Source: Hormiphora californensis
Taxonomy: Eukaryota > Animalia > Ctenophora
Assembly: GCA_020137815.1 (NCBI GenBank)
Contig: CM035362.1
Location: forward strand, 868,001 to 932,000
DNA length: 64,000 nucleotides
Direction: 5' to 3'
Shown: piece after piece, positions 49,446 to 62,520 of the stretch
Layout of the letters: each line of letters opens with the position of its first letter
Position numbering within the stretch: the stretch's first letter is position 1
Made by a program: the position numbers and the translations under genes
The notes under the pieces: model-generated
Database searches by the model: none
What the model was told of the DNA's origin: nothing
What the model saw: the letters and a program-made list of their open reading frames with translations, nothing else

Positions 49446-51663
49446 TCACAGAGTGGTTTCAGTCTTACATCTGTTCATGGTAAGGAACACAGTAACACCA
49501 TCACACTCACACTCCGCTCTTATCCTATATCTATCCAGGAACCCTTCTCTAAGATGGAGCAGACTCCCACTACCCATGATCACCACCCCAACATTCCCTC
49601 CACCAACTCTCTCCAAAATATGCAGCTTCCGGGTTACTCCCACCGTGATTATAGAGAGAGGTTTGGAGGACTCAAATACAACATCATCAAGCTCATCAAG
49701 GCTCCACTCGTACACATCCCTCGTTCTCTTACACACATTCACCACAATTGAGTTGTAGATCACTGGGAGGCCCACTTTTGTAGCCAGCATGTTGCTGACT
49801 TTGTCAGCTAACTGGTTCAACTCAGGGTAGGAGACTAGTGGTAGGGTCTTGAACAGGACTTCATTTATCAGGCAGTCACGAGGTCCAATCCAGGCTGTCT
49901 GGGTCAGTTTCCTGACCAGAGAAGCAGTGGGACCAGGTGTTTTATAGTGCCGTGCCAGCCGCTTGTCTGAATCAATGTTCTCCAGAATTAGACGGAGGAT
50001 GGTCTGGCAAGATTGGTCGTTGATACACCTACTGATAAAGAACACCTTGCTCCGTCTGATTTTAGTTGTGCTGGTTCTGTATATCACAGTGGGCCGATAC
50101 CGGCGTGATGAGATCAGGGCCGTTCTGTGGGATGACCTGTAGGTTGGGAGACCGTGACGCCGTCTCCTGGATCGGCAGTGGAGTCGGTGCCGACGTCGCG
50201 GGTGGGATGCCGAGCCGTGCTCGTCGTACCTGTAAGGTTCACCAGTTAAGTTTGGGGACAGAAAACACGTTACAAACCCTCCAGAACTAGCTAAGTTTAA
50301 AACACGTTACATAACTAGCTGAGTTGAACCTGTTAAACTACACTACCGTTTAGAACACTACTGATCCCTACCTGTCGCTGATCATAGCGTTCATGTATTT
50401 CATCATAGAGTTGTAATCTGAGTTATCCAACAACCTCACCATCGCCTCACCCGCTGCCTCACTATCCTCATCTTCTTCTTCGTCAGCTACACCTTCTGTT
50501 TGATCACCTGCAAGACGAATTAGTTTGAGCATACTATTCGTTGTATGTTTGACTTTGAATGAAAAATTGGTCTAGGGCAGTACCGGAAGCTGCTAACCAA
50601 TGTTCAGTTCAATTCTTCATTCTAAATTCCACAAACCTTCTACTGTAGTTGTCAGCTTGAAGGACAGTACCACGGGTGATGTCACATTCCCAGTTGGTAG
50701 GTGAAGAAGGAATGAACTCCCCTGAAACAAACTCACCTCCTCAACCCTATTGTTTATCTGCACACTCTGGGTGTCATTACTTGAAACAGCTCGTGCGGTG
50801 ATGGCAGTTGTGGTCGGACTGTTCTCGTCAATAATCGGTTCTAATTTCAACCCCAACATCTCTTCTTCTTCCTCTTCCTCTTGACGTTCAATATCATTGA
50901 CAGAGAGATTTCGAATCAGTTCTGCAGACAGACAGTCAATAGGGGACAGAGATTCTCGTCGGAAGATCCCCGTTGGAGGTGCTGAAAGTGAGATCCGGGG
51001 AGAGCGATGTTTCTTGGGGCTTTGTCCTCGGTCTGATTTAGGGCTGGTAATACCGAGCGAGGTGATCGCTGGAGCAGCTCCCTGCGTTTCATCGTCTGCA
51101 CTCTTGCTTCTAATCGAGGCTGGAGATCTGAAGACCTCATCCTCGTCTTCAACACTCTTGCTCCTTGGAGATCTGGGGGATCGAGGTGAGGAGCGGTTAC
51201 TTCTAGAGCGATGCTTGCTTCTAGGTGATCTAGAGGGGGATCTAGAGGTGGGTGATGTTCTCACAGGAGACACAGGAGTGGAACGAGCTAATAAAGGTGG
51301 AGGTTCTGATGTCATTGGTACATCAGGGTTATCAGCTGGTCTCCATCTGGCAGGAGAATCAGGTACATCGTCTGAGGAGTGTTGGGCAGGATCATTATCT
51401 AGACTAGACATCTGGAGGAGAGTGGGACCTCCCTTTTTATTATTAACACTGACATACTCCACCCTACTCCCGTGTTCAGATAACTCCAGGTCTGAGGATG
51501 CCTGACTGAGGAGGATGTCCTTGATGTCCGTGTCTTCGGGGAAGGCCTCCCTGGGCTCTGCTAGATCGTGGTTTTTACGGCAGTTGAAGTGGAGCATACC
51601 AAGATTCTCCGACATGAATTCTACAAACTGCTTCTTCTCAACTTGACGTCCCATGATGCTCAT
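49446..51663 (-). CDS. ~648-aa protein: long Ser/Pro/Arg-rich disordered N-terminus and a C-terminal ALKBH2/3-like 2OG-Fe(II) dioxygenase fold with degenerate catalytic residues; exons 51663-50637, 50507-50372, 50229-49446
   Basis: Phase-consistent splicing. The C-terminus aligns by eye with ALKBH3: TQTAWIG~RLTAWYG, YNSIVVNVCKRTRDVYEWSLDE~FNSLLCNLYRNEKDSVDWHSDD, LSIITVGVTRKL~IASLSFGATRTF, MGSGSLLHL~LDHGTLLIM, TVFLTMN~RVNLTFR. Confidence 0.7.
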
Positions 51664-52898
51664 ACAGCTGGTTTTATCTAGTGGCTAAAGTAAAGTGTTA
51701 TGTATTGTTGAAGGGTCAAAATGATTTTCTCCTAGTACGTACAAAATATGTATGAGCAAACAAGAAAGAAAATCGGGGTCACATGATATTCATAAGGGGT
51801 CAAATTAAATATCAGATGACTATGAGTTAGTGACAGCTGCAACTTAATGAAATGAGACAAAAGGTGGCCCTGTAGTAGTAGTAGTAGTAGTAGTAGTAGT
51901 AACTGATCAGCTGCATCTTTGGGAGAAATGATATGTGTGCAGCAGTAGAGATCAAATATAGCACCACACCCATGTTTTCCCTATTATCTGCAGCTGTCTG
52001 CAAGCACCACGTCTCTCTCCAATTCTCTCCAATTCTCGAATATCTATCTCTCTCCCTCTCTCTCCCTCTCTCTCCCTCTCTCTCCCAAGGCGTGCTTGTG
52101 TGTGCAACACACATCAACTCAGTAGCATTAAGTGCTTAAGTACAGACTCACTGCGATGTCTCTCCATCTTTTCTATTTTCTCTCTCCTCTCTCTCTTACT
52201 CAACCTCTCTCTCCCTCCCTCTCCATCTTTCTTGGAAAAGGAATAAATCAGCTTTAAAATACCCACAGAGTTCAAATTTAGAAGGCTTCAAGATTTCCAA
52301 AATTCTCTCTCTGAATCAACTTTAAAGTTCATAATATTGTTACATCAACAACAAAGAATAAGTACAATATACAACAGCCCCCCTCTCGCTTCTTTATCTA
52401 GCTCCCCTGGCTCTCCCGACTTGTACTATGTGTATAACGGGGTCGCATAGGTATTCATAAAGCGCTCACTATATTCGGTGGAAATATTGCAGACAGAAAG
52501 CTAAACCCGGACATTTTCAATGAAACTGCAGTGACTTCCAGTGACTTATTCAGACTTCATTTTCACCCCACAAGATCTCATCTCTCAGAGTCCAGCGAAT
52601 CCAAGCGTTAAAATTAGACTGAAAAGTGACAATTATACAACTTGCAACACACCATCTCACTGCTAAGCAGTGCAGCTTGAGATTCGACATTTCAAGAGAG
52701 AGAGACACCGTGTAGACCACAATTGGCAGCATATTATACTCATGATGATGATGCTGCCTGAGAGAATGCAGCTCATCGAAAGGAGTGGAGATCTGTGTTG
52801 GGAAATTAGGTAAAGATAGAAAAGACAGATAAAGCACATCGATTAGCAATCTGGCACACGATCATCATTGTACTGGCAAAGTAGAGGAGAGAGGGAGA

Positions 52899-52954
<56 letters not shown>

Positions 52955-53091
52955 AGAGAAGCGAGATATCGCGAGATATTCTGACTGCTTCTCACTGCTC
53001 GATATTGCCCCTCTCCTCTCTCCTTCGGTTCTGCTCTCTCGAGCTCTCTCTCTCTCTTCTCCCTCATCTCTCTTCTCTCTCTCTCTCTCTT

Positions 53092-53123
<32 letters not shown>

Positions 53124-53989
53124 CTTCTCTCTATCTTCCCTCTCCTCTCTCTTCTCTCTCTCTCTCCTCCCCTCCCTTTTTTGTTTCCCAAATCCCCTTC
53201 TTTTTCGCTTCGCTTACTACTAGCGACAAACTAACCGTTTTCAATCTCCAAGGATAAGACGATCACAGATGTTTCATACAATTAATTACCAGCTGTCTCT
53301 TTCCAACTCCCTCTCCTTCTCCCTCTTTCTCTCTCCTCCCCCCCCTCCTTCTGCCTTCTTCTACTTTCCTCTTTTCGATTGTACAAGTCGGAAATGGGTT
53401 CCCAGATTCATTACAGTTGATGGAAATACCAGGCGAGTTCTGCATGTGTCCAGCATGTGTCTCCACAAATACAACGAACCATTGTCAGGCCAATGCTCTG
53501 ACCAATGCTCTGACCGCAGTGCTCTGACAGACGAACCACATGAAAGAGCTATTGTACAAGCTGGCAGTACCGGGGAATCTAATTGGGACAGCCATAGAGA
53601 ACCATTTTCCGGATCACGTTTCATCGTACAAGACCTTGTAACAAGTCTCTGTAACGTGAGATCGGGTAATTATTGCCAGGTCATGTTCGACCAGGAGCAT
53701 AAGATCTCAGAACAAGATCTGATTAACAAAACCTAATTAGAGATGCGATAGTGAACTCCAAGGTCCTTGGGCCACTGGATCACAGGTTACTGGATCACGT
53801 TTCCACTGAGCTTTGACCTGTGATTACCAATAATTAGCGGGTCATGTGACATGAACCGGTTGTAAACGAGTTCATCGTTAACCAGCTGACTCTCATGTCC
53901 CTGAATCATACTCTCATCTTGCTTTCTCCATCGACCAGTCTTGACGGAACAAGCGTCGTCATCAACTTGTGGATCTAGCTGGTCCAGGA

Positions 53990-53997
53990 GTATAAAT
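53990..53997 (+). promoter_or_regulatory. TATA box of the homeobox gene
   Basis: GTATAAAT ~80 bp upstream of ATG 54075; AATAAA at ~54828 downstream of the stop. Confidence 0.55.
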
Positions 53998-54074
53998 GGT
54001 CTTTCAATACGACTTCAAACCATCCACCAACAACTACCTTCTCTCTACAACTACCACCCAATTCCATTACAATT

Positions 54075-54665
54075 ATGCCTTACTACTACGACCTGCCCGA
54101 GCTACGGCCCGTTGCCCCCGAGTTGGAAGTCCCTGAGTTGATCATCCCTGACTACAGCAACAACAAACGTCCCCTATCTCCTACCTCCACCTGTACAAGA
54201 TACGACTGTTCACCAGTGAAGCGGTCTCGAGGAGACGTGATATCCACCCTTGATAATACCAGCTGTTATGATATCAACACTACGGACCAAGTCTACCTTG
54301 ATATGAGTTCCCACTCCACAACCCACCCCTCCTACCCTGACTTCTCTGTCTGTCTGCCGCTTGCAATAGACAATGTTTATCAGGCTCCCTGGAGGCAGGA
54401 CCAAGTTACCCCTACAACAGCACCATCACAAGAGACTAAAAAGCCTGCTAAGAAACCTGCCAAGACAACCCAGCAAAGGAGAAAGAGGACGGTGTTCACA
54501 GCGGAGGAGCTGGCAATCCTAAACAGCTACTACGAGGTCAACAAGTTCCTGAACCCCGGCCTGAAGGCGGAGATCCTGGAGAAAGTTGATGTGCCCGGTA
54601 ATGTCCTGGTTATGTGGTACCAGAACAAGCGAGCGAAGGACAGGGCTAATGGTATGATCATCTGA
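54075..54665 (+). CDS. Intronless divergent homeobox protein (196 aa, C-terminal homeodomain)
   Basis: RRKRTVFTAEELAILNSYYEVNKFLNPGLKAEILEKVDVPGNVLVMWYQNKRAKDR retains R5, F8, L13/L16, W48, Q50, N51 and R53. Confidence 0.88.
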   Translation: MPYYYDLPELRPVAPELEVPELIIPDYSNNKRPLSPTSTCTRYDCSPVKRSRGDVISTLDNTSCYDINTTDQVYLDMSSHSTTHPSYPDFSVCLPLAIDNVYQAPWRQDQVTPTTAPSQETKKPAKKPAKTTQQRRKRTVFTAEELAILNSYYEVNKFLNPGLKAEILEKVDVPGNVLVMWYQNKRAKDRANGMII

Positions 54666-55049
54666 TCAAGAAAACGAACCCAAACCTCCCGAGTTCCGTC
54701 CTTCTGAGTGCAGAATGAATTCAAAGTACTTCACTAAGCACTAGCAGTAAGCACCCCACGATTTGAGTTTGATTATGACATTTTGTATTTTTTAAGAAAC
54801 CCCAAAACTCTCGAATATTTTGTGTACAATAAAATAAATCCATTTGGAAAAGACAGCAGCTAGCAGCAAATATATCGCGTGTTTCGAGGTGATAATGGTG
54901 CAGGTGAAATGATAGAACAGCAATAACACACAGACATGATGGTGCTATAATAGGGTCAATATATGGAACATCAAGAGTCCCGGGGGTAGCCATAGCAACG
55001 TGATGCGGTGGTTGCTAAGAGAGGTGTTTCTCTACAGGCTGCCTCCTTG

Positions 55050-55403
55050 TTACTTGGTCCAGCAGGAGTTGTAGCAATCGTACATTGCATCAAGTCCCTT
55101 TGTGAACGTATCGATCTTGCTGTGGCACTGGGGGGAGTAGGGTGTTAGTTGTGGCACTGTTGGGAGTAGGGTGTTAGTATTGGAGCGAGAATTAAACAGG
55201 AATTAGTCGGAAATTAGAATTCTCCTATTGGTACGCCTCAGCGTAGCCTGTTTCCCGGAGACTAATTGTGTACGGGTGAACCATTGATCAAACTATACCT
55301 CATTGACACAGTCTGCAATCTGATCGCTTGCGGAGGCACTCCCTAGTAACAGAACCATAGCAACCAGAGCCGTTAGGAACACAACAACAGAAGGGGAGTT
55401 CAT
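55050..55403 (-). CDS. 60-aa secreted twin-CX3C peptide; exons 55403-55299, 55127-55050
   Basis: MNSPSVVVFLTALVAMVLLLGSASA-SDQIADCVNE / CHSKIDTFTKGLDAMYDCYNSCWTK*; phase-0 GT-AG intron. Confidence 0.75.
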
Positions 55404-56641
55404 CTTGTAAAGAGTTAAATAGCTATGGGAAGTTGTTATTTAAAGTTTTGAATATAAATAAGAAAATACTTGTTGAGAGTCAATATAAAAATACTGCAAC
55501 TGACATCTCCACTAATTTCACAGGGTGTCGTGGATTTGGAAAGTGGTCCTCTAAATTCCCCAGTACTGAACTGACAACTTTAGGAACTACATAATAGCTA
55601 CAGGCACGACAAGAATGCGTGCAATTGCCATTATATACAATAGAGCTCAGTCAGCTGCACGGGGAGAACTGCAGTGTGAGTTTTCAATCTAACGATTAGA
55701 AAAGCATGGTTTCTAGCTGAGAATTGCAATACGTGCTGGTGGTAATGACATTGCTAGGGGTTCTAGAGTTTTAGGGAGCGGGTTGCATAATGGGGCCGTC
55801 CTAATGGGGTTGAGCAATATGCTTTTTAGGTGGTCACTGGTTCTTATCGTCCTAGGAATCCTATTAATATGTCTTTGTCCTAGAGGAAGACACAGATAGC
55901 TATTTGAAATGGCAGTGCTGCACCGGGGGTCTCAAAAATTGTATTGTATGATGGCAATGGCATGTAAAGACATGCAGTGTTGAACCTAAATTTCATCTAT
56001 AATCAGGAATTTGATTGCACCATGATTTCAAAACTGTCTATTGTCTATCTGACCCGATCAAAACCTCTCCCGTCTGCGAGAATTAGATTGGGTCTGCGAG
56101 TAGTATTAGACTCTGCATGCGTTGCAAGTGCACGCGACAGCTGTCCTAACTACAAAGAACTACTGACCTAGGCTATCAAAAGGTTTGGATTTACTGAGAG
56201 GTCAGTAAATAGAGCTGCCATTAGAAAGGGATGGGGACTATAATGACCCTGGTGTGAGACTTGAGAGTGGTATGCTGTCAGAGCATTGGCATGTCATTGA
56301 TAGGTGGTATACGGCTTTTGTGGAAGTAGCAAGAGACTCTCTCTTGAAGAGAGTGGTGAAGGCATGCAATGTATATCATATGATACTGGGATGAAAGCTG
56401 CAACTGAGCGACAGTGTTATAGGGGGTGTTGGTGAGTTTCTCTACAATTCATTCTACTTCATTCCCTACTATATCCAAAACAAGCTGGCGGAGCACTTAG
56501 GGGACAGTCATGGATAGCTAAGATTAAATTTGTTGATTAAATTGAATCTGGAACAGCTTGAGATGCAGCTCTCACAGTAGCAGACTGTGTTAGTACCACA
56601 CCTTACAGCTAATGTAGCTCTCACAGCACACCCTACTAGTA

Positions 56642-56794
56642 CAGTCGGACCCCGATTTACCGGGCCCCGATTTACCGGAACCCCGATTTACCGGGAGGAT
56701 AAAATTCCCCCGATATAGGAAATAACTGGTATTTGACCCCGATTTACCGGGCACCCCTTTCCCCCGAGCATCCCGGTAAATCGGGGTCCGACTG
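56642..56794. mobile_element. Tc1/pogo-type MITE (CAGT ends, TA flanks)
   Basis: TA|CAGTCGGACCCCGATTTACCGG...CCGGTAAATCGGGGTCCGACTG|TA. Confidence 0.85.
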
Positions 56795-57139
56795 TACTGT
56801 AGCTCTAGTACTAGTAGAACATCAGCTCTGTAAAACAATTGCAAGGGGACGTGTGTTTATAAGGGGCCCCGGGAGCCGTGGTCACGTGATGATGTCACGT
56901 GATTTTGAGGGCGCGTGGCTTGTTGGAGCACCCATGGTTTTTGTGAGATTAAGGCTTGATACAATTTACCAAGAAAAGAGGCCTGCAGTTAGAGAATTAA
57001 TTTGGTTTTCAAATTTAAGGAGAAGAATTTTGGGTCAATGAAAGACAGACAGAATCAATTCACTAGACAGGCATGTCTGTCTAGTGTCTGGCTGTCTGTC
57101 TAGACAGATACTAAACAGACAGACACTAGACATACATAT

Positions 57140-57346
<207 letters not shown>

Positions 57347-58783
57347 TTGAGAGAGCTCTCGGTTCTAGACATCGGGTTATTCCAGACATTTTTCGTTCCC
57401 TTTGAATTAATCAAAATCAAACAAGAGGGACATGTCTTGTTTCATTCAGCAGGGCATGTGTCCAGTTCCAGCACAGTTAAATTTTCCAATCAAATTGAAA
57501 ATTAACACGTGCATCTCATGGACCATGGTTGTTAGATTTGGGTCCACACAGCTTACTAAATTGCCACGTAGTACTTGTTTGTAGCAGCATGGTTCAACCA
57601 CAACTGTACTGCAACTGTGTTGAGAGGTAAACAACAAACAGATTAGATTAATTCTCTAATCACACAGTACAGAGCATGGGGGCATGGTGCCACAAGACAA
57701 GAGCTGTGCTCCAGGGCTCAGTTGTAATATAACTGCAGTCTACTACAAGGTAGCTGCTTGGGAGCCAGCGTCATACTGACAAGCAGCAGACACTGTCTGG
57801 CGGCGCCAGACCCCAATTTGATGGAATGGCTCAGATGGGGTCCGAGGCGCCAGGCAGAGGAGGCATGGCGCTGACAGACTTTATACCCCAAAGAGAAATG
57901 GAAAATCATGGGATTTGGGAACCAAACTGGAAGGGTTCCTAACCTCTTTCAGTAGGACAAGAGCAGATATTGATTCTCACTCCTTGCCTAGCGAGGTCCT
58001 GAAACCACTTAAAGTTTTCTGCTTCTCTAAAACACAATTCAAATTCAAAACACGGAGATTTTTTGGAAGTGGTTTTTAACCAACACATCTTTACACAAAA
58101 GTTCAATTTTTTCAAAAGAAAACGAATCATCAACCAATATATCATATTAGCAATACAACCAAACAAGACACACACACACACACACTTCAGTTACACAATG
58201 TGCCACTTGACCATTTTTCTAATTTCTCACACGATCACGAGCAGTAGTAAATTTTGGAGGGGTCACATCTCACTCTCTAATAATCTGAACCGTTCAGAAC
58301 CTCGTTCCATGTGAAAGATTTGGTAACCATGTCACAAGCCCCTTAAAAACCACACACTGACACCCACACACAGGTCACACACTCAAACACAGCACACACT
58401 GATCACACCCACAGCACACACCTTCTCACTCAGTGCACAAAAATATACGTATCCGGTGATTATAACAATATGATCAGAAAATTATAAATTTCTTAGTTCT
58501 CTTAGTATGTATTAGTAAAGGGAGGTATAAAATAATTGTGTCCCTACTCCACTTGACTTTTTCAGTCATATATTTCCATCAGTCAATAAAAATAAGTGTA
58601 ATGAACTTATGAGTTGATATATTTTGTGCGCCATACCCATCTCTCTGATTAATTAACATAACAAACAAGATCGGCGACAGTCTCTCGCTTCTCCTCTATC
58701 TCTCTCTGTTCTTCTCTATCGCCTCATCGCCTCTCTCTCCCTCTCTCTCTTAGGCTCTCTCCGCTCCTCTCTCTCTCGCTCTC

Positions 58784-58816
<33 letters not shown>

Positions 58817-58886
58817 ACCTACCTCTCTCTCTCTCTCTCTCTCTACCTACCTCTCTCTCTCATTTCAAGTCCCTTCATTGTCTCTC

Positions 58887-61800
58887 TCAGTGTCTCCGTG
58901 ATAGGTTGGGTGGTGGAGGTGGAGGAAGACCCCTGTTTGTCCTACTACCCACTGTGACAGGTGGGGCAGGGTAATGCCTCCCACCACCAGGTAGTACTGG
59001 TGGCATTGTCTGTGAAGGGTGATAGGGGTTGCGAGAGGAGGGAGAGTAGGAGGGGGCCGGCATCATTATAGGTGGAGGAGGTTGTCCGGGCTGTCTTGAT
59101 GGGGGCATCACACTGAAACATGGGAGAGCTGTTAGTAGAGATGAAATCCTATAAATACATGTGTAGTTCTTCTATATCTCACCCAATTGGGCCCAACTAC
59201 TCCCCTAATTAATTACCAACTATATGAACTAATTAACTAATCAACTAACTATTCAATTACCTGAGATCATCAGCTGGTGGAGGTACAGAAGATGAGGGGT
59301 TAACGAATCTCTGATGGAGTTGTTGGAATGTTGGACGTTGTGAGGGCTCCAAATTCCAACAATGTAACATCGTCTGAAAGAGGAGGGAATTTGAAATTAG
59401 AGAGAAAAAGATGGGAGGGGAGAACGTGTCAGGAAGGAGATCCAACATGTGATTTAGTTGCTTGGGATGGTTCCAATGAAAATGATGATGGGAATGAACA
59501 TGGAATTACCAATTACCTGGTAAACATCATCAGGACAGCGGGACGGTTTTGAGAGTCGTTCTCTTCGTACTTCTAACATCTCCAACACCTAGAGGAGGAG
59601 CAGTGGTAATGTTAAAGTGTTCATTACATTTTCATAACATGTTTATGAACTCATGTTAAATTGTTCATTTATGATAGGATCTGTTCAGTGATCAGTGTTC
59701 ACACCACACTTTGAAATGTGGTGTGAGCATCACAATCAAACTCACCGATTGACAGTTCATGTCTACATAAGGCATCATCCCCAGTGTGAATATCTCCCAA
59801 AGAGTTACCCCATAACTCCACACATCAGAGGCCGAACTAAACGTTCCATACGATATTGATTCTGGAGCGTACCTAGAGGGGGTGAATAGATTAGAACTTA
59901 ATAGGGTGGTAACGTGTACTAACGATGAAAATGAGAAAGCAGGGGTGGATTGTTGAGCAATGAGCCTTACTGAACAAAGGATGGCCATGCAAATTCAATC
60001 ATCAGAACAATAACTCTAATATTCCAAAGGAGGTTTCCCTCCAACTACAGTTGTGGTGACTGGAGGAACCTTCAAGACCAGATTCAAAGGGACATATTTT
60101 GGCGACAATAAGACATGACAAAAAACAGAACCGCAACAGAATTATCCAAACTCATTTGGAGTTTGAAAGACAGATACATAACAATGGCATAACATGACAG
60201 ATCATCGCTCCACCTACCGCCAAGGCAAAATCACTTGTGCTCTATGCCAGGCTGAAAAGTTTGCGATCCTAACGAGGAAAGGATTGATAATCAGAAAATC
60301 AGAACTACTGAACAATGTCCACATCGCCTAGGCCAACTAGCAGCTTTTCTTTGCCATGTTTTATGAAGAAGCAGAATATAAGAGATATTGTTCTGATGAT
60401 TGCATTCACAAAACTTCTTGTTTACATTTGTTCGAGCTCCAGATAACTCCGTCAAGCACTGTCACCAGCAGAAATACTCAGTTACCAACCGCACGTGCCT
60501 TATTCTCAACAAAGAGGAGCCGGAGAACTCCTGGGATGAGAAGGCGCCCGAGGAGCCGGCCATGCTCAAGATGGAAGAAGAGGGGGCGAAGGATTGTGGT
60601 CAAGATAAGCAAGAAGAGGCCAAGGAGAGTAATGGAGAGGAGAGAGAGAGGAGGCCGAGAAGATAGAGATTGAGAGAGAGGAGAAAGATGATTGAGATTG
60701 AGGAGTTAGAGATTGAGATGGTGGAGGAGAGGGAGGATGGCTCGGACGGGACTGAGGAGGCTGAAAGTGTCAGAGAGCTGAACGGAAGCAGCTCATTGGC
60801 GCGTTCAGTGTCCTCGGTCCCCGGGGGAGTCGGATGTGGTGGATGAATTGGTGGAGAGTTGTCTGGAGGAAGAGGAGGCGGCGGTTTGGGGAGTTGATGA
60901 CTGATGAGATTAGTTGAGGAGGCAGAGGAGCTAGAGGAGTTAGAGAAGAGAGTGAGTGAGCTAGAGATGAGGGAGACGAGTAGAGAGGAAAAGAGATCAA
61001 GACAAAGGAGGAACATGAAACGTTCTCGCCAAGAAGTATGGACAAGAAATCTACCGAATTTTATTACTATCAGTGTGCGAGGAATTCTATCCGTGGGGAG
61101 AACTCAACGGAGAAACTGATGATCCGGATTTACCAGTGAAACATTCGTTTTTCTTGCGTTTTCGTTTGTGATATTGATTTTATAAACAAAGCCGTTTTAA
61201 TTCTCCATGATGGTAACTAGCGAAATCAATTAACGATAATTAGCAGTAATTAGATCCCTCAGGGGAACAACTATAAAACCACCTACCATTTAACGGGCCA
61301 TTTCCCGCCAGTTTGGGCTTGATATGTGGCACTGTCTGCTTTGATGGCCCTCGACAGCCCAAAATCACTGATTTTAACAGTGTCAGGGGCTGCCACCAGA
61401 ATGTTACGTGCTGCCAGGTCTCGGTGTACAAACTTCTGGGATTCTAGGTAGCTCATACCCGCTGCTATCTGAGAGTAGAGGGGAAGGGTGTTAGAGGGGA
61501 GTAGAGGGGAGGGGTGCTAGAGGGGGAGTTAGAGTTAGGGGGTTGTGGGGGTTAGAGGGGGCTGCTGGGGTGGGTTAGAGTGGATTAGAGGGCGATGTGG
61601 GGGTTGTATGTCTTAAAAGGGGCTGGGGTCATTAAAAATATTTAATATAAGAGATGTATACCATCACGGGACAAGGTACTTTTTGAAAGTTAAATGAGCT
61701 TTGAGAACATTTCAATTAAAGAAACACGTTGAGTCGATAAAGTCCCATATTTTTGATAACCTAACAATTGATTGAAACCATGCATTTTTCTTCATTTACG

Positions 61801-62520
61801 ACTAAAAGCCTATTTAATGAACATGTGATATATATCGTGTTGGTGGATATTGGTAGAGATCTAAGATTAAAGATCGTACGACATACAGAAGGCAAGATAG
61901 GCACACAATTATAGAAAACAGTAAAAGGTTGATAAAATGTAGTTAACTAACCAATTAACTAATAACCAACTATGCATGTAATAATACTAATAAGCTAATT
62001 AACCAACTAACTAATTGATAACTACCTGTGCGCTCCAGGTACGTTGATGTCCTACTGCGATTTGTTCTCGTTTCTCTTTCAGGTATTTAATTAGTGCACC
62101 GTATCGGACCAGTTCTTGGACCAACATGAGAGAGGGCTCCTTACAGATGCCTGGGAAGGTGTTAGTGTTAGATATTGATACTGGATACAGATACCAGGGA
62201 GGGCCAAGGGGCGTAGTTAGATACAGTTATCTATTTTCAGGAAGTGGTATACTGAGGTAAGATATTTCATAGTGGTTTCTGAATTAACAGATACCGTAAT
62301 AATTTGATAGACATCGGGATATGGGTCTACTGCACTCTCCCAATCGATTTATCACTTACCGGGCTTTACACAACGCCCCCAATATAATGTTGTATCACCT
62401 ACCTATAAGAGAGACGATGTTTGGGTGACGAAGTCTGTGCATCACCTCTGCTTCCCTCATGAAGTCGTGTGTGCCTGCTTGGACACTATCCGCTCGTAAT
62501 GTCTTAATAGCTACCGGTTT
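58887..62520 (-). CDS. 3' part of a SHARK/HTK16/Syk-family non-receptor tyrosine kinase with a proline-rich tail; 5' exons not identified in the window
   Basis: Exons give [28 protein letters not shown] (62520-62403), [14 protein letters not shown] (~62150-62027), [28 protein letters not shown] (~61468-61287), [26 protein letters not shown] (~59872-59746), [19 protein letters not shown] and a PPPP-rich last exon. Confidence 0.85.
60050..60340 (+). mobile_element. Degraded Penelope-like retroelement remnant (C-terminal half of GIY-YIG endonuclease) in a kinase intron
   Basis: Broken frames read TGGTFKTRF..., [25 protein letters not shown] and RKSELL...CPHR, typical of the Penelope endonuclease C-terminus. 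Confidence 0.65.
61110..61155 (+). ncRNA. Candidate minimal type I hammerhead ribozyme (Penelope-associated, possibly decayed)
   Basis: AGAAA-CTGATGA-TCCGGATTTACCAGT-GAAA-C-ATTC-G-TT-TTTCT: both core boxes present, short stem III, and stem I AGAAA/TTTCT. Confidence 0.4.

Noticed and set aside
50731-50737. GTGAGT donor at 50736 as the end of ALKBH-like exon 1
   Set aside because: A phase-0 splice to the 50507 exon hits a stop after six codons; the donor at 50636 keeps the frame open
50897-51505. 202-aa + strand ORF
   Set aside because: Antisense shadow of the Ser/Pro-rich exon of the ALKBH-like gene
53269-53736. 155-aa ORF upstream of the homeobox gene
   Set aside because: Starts in low-complexity sequence with no recognisable motif; more likely upstream non-coding DNA
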